DNA of 64,000 nucleotides from Chlamydiales bacterium (GTDB lineage Bacteria; Chlamydiota; Chlamydiia; Chlamydiales; CALTSX01): NCBI GenBank assembly GCA_051647685.1, contig JBOFEG010000041.1, positions 33,952 to 97,951 of the forward strand, read 5' to 3'. Shown piece by piece: positions 57,954 to 64,000 of this stretch (position 1 is its first letter; each line of letters starts with the position of its first letter). The notes under the pieces were generated by a model. It saw only the letters and a program-made list of their open reading frames with translations, ran no database searches and was not told where the DNA came from. The position numbers and the translations under genes were made by a program.

Positions 57954-58715
57954 ATGGTAGATGCAATGGGTAAATATAAAAAGTCTTTGGTTTTGCTAGA
58001 GAGTGTCGACTCTACTAATGATTGGGCTCGCGCAAATCTCTCGAGTTTTTGTAACCAAAGCTTTACAACTGTTCAAGCCATGCAACAAACCCGAGGGAAA
58101 GGAATCTCAGGGGCCTGGCATTCTCCAGCGAACGTAGGGATGTATAGTAGTTATGTCACATTTGAACTAAGCAACGTAGATTTGAGTCTTATTGCCTACA
58201 TTGCGGCTACGTCTATTTTGCAGATACTCGATGAAATGGGGTTAACTGCTCAAGTCAAATGGCCTAATGATATTCTTATCTCAGGTAGAAAAATTGGTGG
58301 CGTGCTTTGCGAAACGGCCTCGCATGGAGAGAAAACAGCTGTTATTTTAGGGATTGGTATGAATATAAATACAGAGCGGGAAGAGCTGGATAGAATTGAT
58401 CAACCCGCAACTTCTCTTTTTCTAGAGAGCGACTCTATGTATTGTCCTGCAGAAATTGCAGATCGACTCAGTGATCGTCTCATGGCAAATTGTGATGGAT
58501 ATCTGCAGTGGGGTTTTACTCCCTTCCATTCTTTTTTAGAGAATCGCTTGGCCTACATTGGAGAATTTGTTCAGTTTACCACTTCTACTCAATCGATTTC
58601 TGGAAAAGTAATTGGAATTGCCATCGATGGCGCATTGCAATTACAAATATCTACCGGAGAAATTCTTGCTCTTTATAGTGGACGAATTAAGGCTTTGCCT
58701 CGCGGATCTCTGTGA
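57954..58715 (+). CDS. birA: Biotin--[acetyl-CoA-carboxylase] ligase (no N-terminal HTH domain)
   Basis: 253 aa. Contains QQTRGKGISGAWHSP (the GRGRxGR-type biotin loop, degenerate) and KWPNDILISGRKIGGVLCE. An alternative start is the ATG at 57966. Confidence 0.82.
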   Translation: MVDAMGKYKKSLVLLESVDSTNDWARANLSSFCNQSFTTVQAMQQTRGKGISGAWHSPANVGMYSSYVTFELSNVDLSLIAYIAATSILQILDEMGLTAQVKWPNDILISGRKIGGVLCETASHGEKTAVILGIGMNINTEREELDRIDQPATSLFLESDSMYCPAEIADRLSDRLMANCDGYLQWGFTPFHSFLENRLAYIGEFVQFTTSTQSISGKVIGIAIDGALQLQISTGEILALYSGRIKALPRGSL

Positions 58716-59451
58716 GGTCTGGGATAACCTGGATAGTTGGGTATACTCGCTGCTGCAAGATGGATTGTATAGCTTGCAAAGTAGCTCCCGTCGCAGAGTA
58801 ACAAGAGACACAACTGCCCAAGTAACGAATGGTGACTTGATTTCCCTCAATAGAAATTACTTCAACTCCTCCCTCATCTAACGCAATAAATGGTCTTATT
58901 TCTTTTTCTATTACTGCTTCAATAGCATTTCGTTTTTGTATTGCCGTGTATTGTAGGAATTCAGTATGGATTTCTCCGGGATCTACAACAGTAGAAACAG
59001 GGGATGGGATATAATCGAGAGACAATTCAATATCGCGACACTGCACAAGTGCACCATCCAACGCTTGAAAAATCATTGGCACGTATATAGATTCTCGCTT
59101 TGGAAAAGCGACAACATTTGGACTATCTCGTAAATATTCTTCTAAAAACTCTCTTGTAATATGACTCGCTTGATTGTAATTTTTTCTTATGATCAATGAA
59201 CAGAGCGCTTCAAGAAGTCCAATTACGACAGGAGGTGAAAAGGTTTGGAATTTTGTATCAACAATGATGCCATCTGTTTCATCTATAATGATATAGATCT
59301 TGCACCAGATGGACTCGTCGATAGCTTTTCCCATAACCCATCTCATTTCTTTTGAGCGCGTTTGGTCCTCTAAAATGATTCCTGCATGGTATCTAGTTCG
59401 TATGCGTTTTTGTAATTTTTTGCTATATTGCTGCCACAATAACTCTGTCAT
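58687..59451 (-). CDS. NifU-like protein: degenerate IscU-like N-domain + Nfu-type C-domain
   Basis: 254 aa. The C-terminal Nfu domain retains CxxC (IRPFIALDEGGVEVISIEGNQVTIRYLGSCVSCYSATGATL). The N-terminal half aligns with the IscU scaffold, but FKTFGCGSAIAS is replaced by FQTFSPPVVIG. Confidence 0.72.
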   Translation of the reverse strand: MTELLWQQYSKKLQKRIRTRYHAGIILEDQTRSKEMRWVMGKAIDESIWCKIYIIIDETDGIIVDTKFQTFSPPVVIGLLEALCSLIIRKNYNQASHITREFLEEYLRDSPNVVAFPKRESIYVPMIFQALDGALVQCRDIELSLDYIPSPVSTVVDPGEIHTEFLQYTAIQKRNAIEAVIEKEIRPFIALDEGGVEVISIEGNQVTIRYLGSCVSCYSATGATLQAIQSILQQRVYPTIQVIPDLTEIREAKP

Positions 59452-60596
59452 AATATACCCATTACCGTGCGGAGAGATTGGACTGCACCTCGCATGCGAT
59501 GAACTATTTCTATAAAATCTTCCTCCTTCATATCAAGTGTAAAGCTACAGTGAATAGATTGATTTGCCAAATCGGCACACTCTGGACAAGTCGATAGAAT
59601 CTTGCCAAGGCTCTCATAGTTTCGATTTCCGATAAACGCATATATTCCGACATCCTGTAAAACGTAGAGCAGCGCTTCATTGTGAATTCCTGGAAAAGCT
59701 ATAACAGATGTATTGGAGAGTTGTTCAACGCGGGGAAATAGGATTTGTGCAGAGGGCAAGGCATCGACGAGCTTCTTCTCTAGAATGGATTTGTATCTGG
59801 CTATCTCTAAACAAGTGTATTCTTGCGCGTTTGAGATAGTCTGTAGAGCAAACCCAAGAGCCACTAGTAAACTGGGTGCATGAAATTTATTTTTTTCTTT
59901 CCAAATTCCAGGAATACTAATTTCCTTCTTTACCAAGGTAATAGCTATTCCAGATAATCCATAAATATTTCGTCCGTCAAAAGAGAAAAAATCTGCGGGC
60001 AAACTAGAGAATGGAAAAATCATTTGGCCAAGTATTTGTGACGCTTCTACGTGAAAAAAAATACCCGTCCCTCGGCAATATTCACCAATATCCCAAATCG
60101 GGTAGACAATTCCAGTAACCGGATCGGCAAAAGGGAGCGAAACAAAAGCAGTCTTTGGAGAGATGGCTTTTTCAACTTCTTGTTTAGTGATCTGCCCTTT
60201 TGCATTCGGGGCTATTTTTTTTATGACACACCCAAGACTTATAAATGGTTGTAGGACTTTCTCTGTTTCTCTATCAAAAGCAGATATGAGAACGATATTT
60301 TTCCCTGTAGGGTAAATAAAATTTTTATAGATTGCATAAAAAATTGAGAATATGTTTTCGCTATATGAAGATGTGGCATATAGATAATCGTTTGTATCTG
60401 CTCCAATCGCTGTAGTTATCTGCTCCCGAGCATTATTAATCTTTTCCTCGCACGAAAAAGATTGATAAGGAGCATGAAGGTTTGAGCGGTATTGCAATTG
60501 AAAATCAGTTGCTCTTTTCCATACTTCTTCAGAAGTTTGCGATGCAAAATTAGCATCTAAGTAGTATTTTTTAGACATAATCTTTCTTTGTGCCAC
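59448..60596 (-). CDS. Class V aminotransferase-fold protein, NifS/IscS-like but lacking canonical catalytic residues
   Basis: 382 aa, collinear with IscS (YLDANFASQ..; GADTNDYLYATSS; HVEASQ). SFSGHKIYGPKG is SFDGRNIYGLSG here, with no PLP lysine. SSGSAC is FIGNRNY here, with no active-site cysteine. Confidence 0.75.
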   Translation of the reverse strand: MAQRKIMSKKYYLDANFASQTSEEVWKRATDFQLQYRSNLHAPYQSFSCEEKINNAREQITTAIGADTNDYLYATSSYSENIFSIFYAIYKNFIYPTGKNIVLISAFDRETEKVLQPFISLGCVIKKIAPNAKGQITKQEVEKAISPKTAFVSLPFADPVTGIVYPIWDIGEYCRGTGIFFHVEASQILGQMIFPFSSLPADFFSFDGRNIYGLSGIAITLVKKEISIPGIWKEKNKFHAPSLLVALGFALQTISNAQEYTCLEIARYKSILEKKLVDALPSAQILFPRVEQLSNTSVIAFPGIHNEALLYVLQDVGIYAFIGNRNYESLGKILSTCPECADLANQSIHCSFTLDMKEEDFIEIVHRMRGAVQSLRTVMGIL

Positions 60597-61267
60597 TCTC
60601 TATTTCGATAGCAGTAACATGTAGGCTCTCCAGTAGCAACTTCAATAGAGAGGACTTCTTCTTTTGATAGGGACTCTAAATACATAATAATAGCTCGCAA
60701 AGAATTTCCGTGAGCCACGAGCAATACATTCTTTTTGTTCTGCAGATAGGGGAAAATTTTTTTCTTAAAGTAAGGTACCACTCGACGTTTTGTCATAGCA
60801 AGACTCTCTCCTCCAGGTGGAGGAGCATCGATGCTGCGACGCCATAGCCTGACCTGTTCATATCCAAATTCCTCTTTCACCATTTCTTTGTTTCTTCCCT
60901 GCAGCTTTCCGTAATACCTTTCATTAAGCTCAATTGCTGAATAGACCGGAAGAATTTGCGCTTTGGTTTTTTCATCGCAAATCTTTTGCCATCGCACCTG
61001 TTTTCGCCCTGTTTGGTGGATGAGTGCGGGCATTTTCTCCGATGTGTGCACGCTCATCGCTAAGAAAGCGGTCATCTGCGCACGTACGAGATTTGAAACA
61101 AAAATCACATCAAAGGGAATACCCGCAATTAGCTTTCCAGCAGCGTAGGATTCCTGAATGCCCTTACTGCTTAAAGGAATGTCAATCCATCCAGTGAAAA
61201 AATTCCTTTCATTTCCGATAGATGCGCCGTGACGCATCATAATGAGAAGAGAATGATTTTGCTGCAT
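60557..61267 (-). CDS. gpmA: 2,3-bisphosphoglycerate-dependent phosphoglycerate mutase
   Basis: 236 aa. Contains LIMMRHGASIGNERNFFTGWIDIPLS (the RHG catalytic motif), ERYYG and VAHGNSLRA. Confidence 0.9.
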   Translation of the reverse strand: MQQNHSLLIMMRHGASIGNERNFFTGWIDIPLSSKGIQESYAAGKLIAGIPFDVIFVSNLVRAQMTAFLAMSVHTSEKMPALIHQTGRKQVRWQKICDEKTKAQILPVYSAIELNERYYGKLQGRNKEMVKEEFGYEQVRLWRRSIDAPPPGGESLAMTKRRVVPYFKKKIFPYLQNKKNVLLVAHGNSLRAIIMYLESLSKEEVLSIEVATGEPTCYCYRNREWHKERLCLKNTT

Positions 61268-61377
61268 AGATGTATGATTCTAATCAAAAATTCCTTTTTT
61301 TTCCAGTAGAGGGAATTTCTCAAATAATATTTCTAATTGATCATTGCATTGGATAGATTTATAATTGTTCATAACTT

Positions 61378-62073
61378 ATGAAAACACGACTCAGTAAAAC
61401 GCTCGCGAAAGCCGGAATCGCCTCTCGAAGAGCGGCGGAAGAACTCATTTTTGCCGGTATGGTGCGAGTGAATGGGAAAACTATTCTACTCCCTCAATTC
61501 CAAGTGGATCCCGCTATAGATACCATTGAGTATAAGAATAGCCGTATCCAGGTCGATGAAAAATTTTTCTACTATATCATGAATAAGCCCAAAGGCTACT
61601 TATGCACACATGATCGGAGAAAAGGGGAAAGGCTTATTTATGACCTCTTTCCAAGAATGCACCCGAGATTATTTAGTGTGGGAAGACTCGATAAGGATAC
61701 AACGGGTTTATTGTTGATAACGAGCGATGGAAAGTTCTCACAGAGAATTGCTCACCCCTCCTATACTTGCGAAAAAGAATACCTTGTTAGTTGCAGCGAG
61801 TCCATTACCTCTGCTCATATTAAAAAACTCCAGCGCGGATGTGTAATAGAAGGCAAGTCGGCGATTCCTAAAAGAGTCGAACAGGTACACAAAACACAAA
61901 TTGCTATTACGCTGGAGGAAGGAATTAAGCGAGAAATACGCATCCTTGTCAAACAATGCGGGTTAACCCTTTTAGCCCTTCAAAGAACTCGAATCGGAAA
62001 ACTCGTACTAAAAGATTTGACGATTGGAACCTACCGAGAGATGACACCTAGAGAAAAAGCTTGTTTTTTCTAA
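61378..62073 (+). CDS. RsuA/RluB-family pseudouridine synthase with N-terminal S4 domain
   Basis: 231 aa. S4 domain: RLSKTLAKAGIASRRAAEELIFAGMVRVNG. Catalytic motif: VGRLDKDTTGLLLITSDG. Confidence 0.87.
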   Translation: MKTRLSKTLAKAGIASRRAAEELIFAGMVRVNGKTILLPQFQVDPAIDTIEYKNSRIQVDEKFFYYIMNKPKGYLCTHDRRKGERLIYDLFPRMHPRLFSVGRLDKDTTGLLLITSDGKFSQRIAHPSYTCEKEYLVSCSESITSAHIKKLQRGCVIEGKSAIPKRVEQVHKTQIAITLEEGIKREIRILVKQCGLTLLALQRTRIGKLVLKDLTIGTYREMTPREKACFF

Positions 62074-62096
62074 TTTTCTTCGGATAAAATAGGTCG

Positions 62097-62771
62097 ATGC
62101 GCACTATTGCTAAATTGTTTGGTAAGTCCCCTTTTGCTCCTTTGCAACAACATATGAATAAAGTTGCCGCTTGTATTTCTGAACTGGAGCAGGCATTCAC
62201 TGCTTTTCAGAACTCTGAATACAAGAAGATGGAAATTATAGCAAAAAAACTCTCAAAGTTAGAACATGAAGCTGATCTCGCAAAAAATGATATTCGTAAT
62301 AACCTGCCTAAAAGTGTTTTTTTGCCTATTGATCGTAGTCAAATTTTAGAGATGCTTGCAATACAAGATAGTCTAGCAGACACAGCAGAAAATATTGGCC
62401 TTTCTCTGATTTTATATCCATTACCAGTTTTTGAAGATTTGAAAGAAGATCTGCAGGATTTATTGCATACCAATATCAATACTTTCTCTAATGTACAAAT
62501 GATTATCAATGAAATGGATATATTGTTAGAATCCTCATTTGGTGGAATAGAAGCTGAGCGGGTAAAAGCAAAAATAGAAGAAATTTCGAGTCAGGAACAT
62601 GAATCCGGCCTTATAAAATATGCTATTTTGAAAAAATTTTTTTCAAAGGGGAAAAATTTAGAAGCGCCGGCCTTTTTTTTATGGCTGCGTATAATAGAGG
62701 AAATCAGTTCTCTCGCTCACATTTCAGAAAGACTTGCTAATCGCATTCGTATGGTACTAGCGTTGAAATAA
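62097..62771 (+). CDS. PhoU-like DUF47-family protein (Pit accessory / phosphate transport regulator-like)
   Basis: 224 aa, all-helical. N-terminal FGKSPFAPLQQHMNKVAACISELEQAF and the HEADLAKNDIRN block are typical of the DUF47/YkaA family. It lies immediately upstream of a PiT gene, which is the usual pairing. Confidence 0.78.
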   Translation: MRTIAKLFGKSPFAPLQQHMNKVAACISELEQAFTAFQNSEYKKMEIIAKKLSKLEHEADLAKNDIRNNLPKSVFLPIDRSQILEMLAIQDSLADTAENIGLSLILYPLPVFEDLKEDLQDLLHTNINTFSNVQMIINEMDILLESSFGGIEAERVKAKIEEISSQEHESGLIKYAILKKFFSKGKNLEAPAFFLWLRIIEEISSLAHISERLANRIRMVLALK

Positions 62772-62774
62772 ATC

Positions 62775-64000
62775 ATGGGCATTGATACCTATCTTACTAT
62801 TTGTGTCCTCATTGTTGGAATCTACATGGCGTGGAGTATTGGGGCAAATGATGTTGCTAATGCCATGGGCACATCGATCGGTTCGGGTGCTTTAACGCTG
62901 AGGCAAGCTGTCGTTATTGCCGGTATATTAGAATTTTCCGGTGCTCTCCTACTCGGTGCTCGAGTGTCAAAAACCATGCAGTCGGGTTTAATTGATCCCA
63001 GTCTATTCCAAGCAGATTACACGATTCTTTTCTTTGGAATGTTTGCGGCTCTTCTGTCTACTGCTATTTGGTTACAAATTGCATCCTATTTCGGTTGGCC
63101 AGTTTCGACTACACATGCCATAGTAGGCGCTATACTCGGATTTGGAATTATTATTGCAGGGGTACAAACCATTCAATGGGGAAGAATAGGCTCCATCGCG
63201 CTCAGTTGGATTATTTCTCCCGGAATTAGCGCTGTGATTTCTTACGCTATTTTCAGCTTGCTACAGAAAAGAATTCTGTATGCTCTCAACCCGGTACAAG
63301 CTACTAGAAAACTAATCCCCGTGCTTGTTTTTGTCATATTTTTTACTTTTATTTTTAGTATTTTATTTCAGGAATTGCACAATATTTCTATACACTTGAA
63401 CGTAGTGCATTCCTTTTTGATTACGTGCACAATTGCAGGAGTACTTAGCTTTATCAGTTATTTTCTGCTACAGAAAAATCCTCATATTACTGCTTCCAGC
63501 TCAATGCCTTTCTCCGCATCTTCTATGCAACAACTCGTGAGTATGAATAAGGCTATGAAACATTTGCAGCGTTTACAATTAGCTTCTAAAGGACAATTAA
63601 AAGAGAAGTTATCCACGATATTGCTCCAATCTAGTACCCTCCGCGATCAGATTCAGGTACAGACCCATTTGTACCAAAGCTCATCGGAATATCGCATTGT
63701 AGAAAAGCTCTTTAGTTATTTGCAGATTATTAGTGCCTGTTTTGTCGCCTTTGCCCATGGAGCGAATGATGTAGCTAATGCGATCGGGCCGATGTCTGCA
63801 GCTATTGATATTTTACGTACGGGAAGGCTCTCCCCTAATGCGGAAATACCTACTTGGATTTTAATGCTTGGTGGTGCGGGCATCATTCTTGGACTTGCTA
63901 CTTGGGGATGGCGCGTGATTGAAACAGTGGGAAAAAAGATTACAGAGCTCACCCCTACGCGAGGTTTTTCTGCAGAGTTTGGCGCAGCAATTACCATTAT
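62775..64000 (+). CDS. Inorganic phosphate transporter, PiT family (3' end beyond window)
   Basis: Not in the ORF track because it runs off the window. The ATG at 62775 gives MGIDTYLTICVLIVGIYMAWSIGANDVANAMGTSIGSGALT..., and FAHGANDVANAIGP follows later. These are the two PiT signature repeats GANDVANA. Confidence 0.9.
   Translation, partial: MGIDTYLTICVLIVGIYMAWSIGANDVANAMGTSIGSGALTLRQAVVIAGILEFSGALLLGARVSKTMQSGLIDPSLFQADYTILFFGMFAALLSTAIWLQIASYFGWPVSTTHAIVGAILGFGIIIAGVQTIQWGRIGSIALSWIISPGISAVISYAIFSLLQKRILYALNPVQATRKLIPVLVFVIFFTFIFSILFQELHNISIHLNVVHSFLITCTIAGVLSFISYFLLQKNPHITASSSMPFSASSMQQLVSMNKAMKHLQRLQLASKGQLKEKLSTILLQSSTLRDQIQVQTHLYQSSSEYRIVEKLFSYLQIISACFVAFAHGANDVANAIGPMSAAIDILRTGRLSPNAEIPTWILMLGGAGIILGLATWGWRVIETVGKKITELTPTRGFSAEFGAAITI

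Noticed and set aside
63716-63997. 93-aa minus-strand ORF at the window end, plus similar antisense ORFs inside mfd, fusA, rpsL (52404-52613), rpsG, tsp, lpxK, E2 and other genes.
   Set aside because: Each is fully nested antisense within a gene with strong family signatures, and each has no motif of its own.

Overview
The window is 64 kb of an AT-rich, gene-dense genome from the phylum Chlamydiota (Chlamydia-like obligate intracellular bacteria). No database search was possible, so every family assignment rests on motifs I recognise by eye.

Evidence for the phylum:
- The 16S 5' end reads CTGAGAATTTGATCTTGGTTCAGATTGAATGCTGACGGCGTGGATGAGGCATGCAAGTCG.
- There is an Hc1/HctA histone-like gene, a Pmp-type autotransporter and an Inc-like bilobed membrane protein.
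- Gene order is Chlamydia-like: alaS-mfd, amn-like next to efp, nrdR-dksA-lspA, and tsp with rpsL-rpsG-fusA-rpsJ but no tuf.
- The 16S-23S spacer carries no tRNA.

Most of the window is housekeeping:
- DNA repair and translation: mfd, efp-epmA, obg, L21/L27, S12/S7/EF-G/S10.
- Metabolism: nadE, nqrF, htpG, kpsF, an E2 acyltransferase, lpxK, a GmhA-family gene, asd and gpmA.
- RNA-modifying enzymes.
- Envelope and cofactor genes: lspA, a metal ABC transporter, a RodA/FtsW-family gene, birA and a NifS/NifU-like pair.
- Phosphate uptake: a PhoU-like gene with a PiT transporter.
- RNA genes: one complete rRNA operon on the minus strand (16S-23S-5S, with a clean terminator), tRNA-Ser(GGA) and tRNA-Phe(GAA).

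I saw no CRISPR array, transposase or integrase.

Most interesting regions:
1. 4394-6923: an overlapping two-gene module. A signal/TM/TPR protein ends in a toxin-like cassette. It is followed by a protein made of two tandem colicin-D-immunity-like repeats. The same 13-nt start/stop junction occurs at both the gene boundary and the repeat boundary.
2. 17876-21751: a 1291-aa effector-like coiled-coil protein with 3.25 near-identical 114-bp in-frame tandem repeats, preceded by a 585-nt AT-rich leader region.
3. 23549-27928: a small compositional island next to the rRNA operon. It holds a multiply frameshifted Fic gene whose catalytic and inhibitory motifs are still readable, an 11-bp-phased TATCGG repeat array, and a Pmp-like autotransporter. 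That autotransporter has an extreme poly-glycine insert and a C-ending codon usage unlike its neighbours.
4. 58687-60596: a NifS-like/NifU-like pair that appears to have lost the canonical catalytic residues while keeping intact reading frames.
5. 37337-37600: a relic of a glutamate/dicarboxylate-type transporter.
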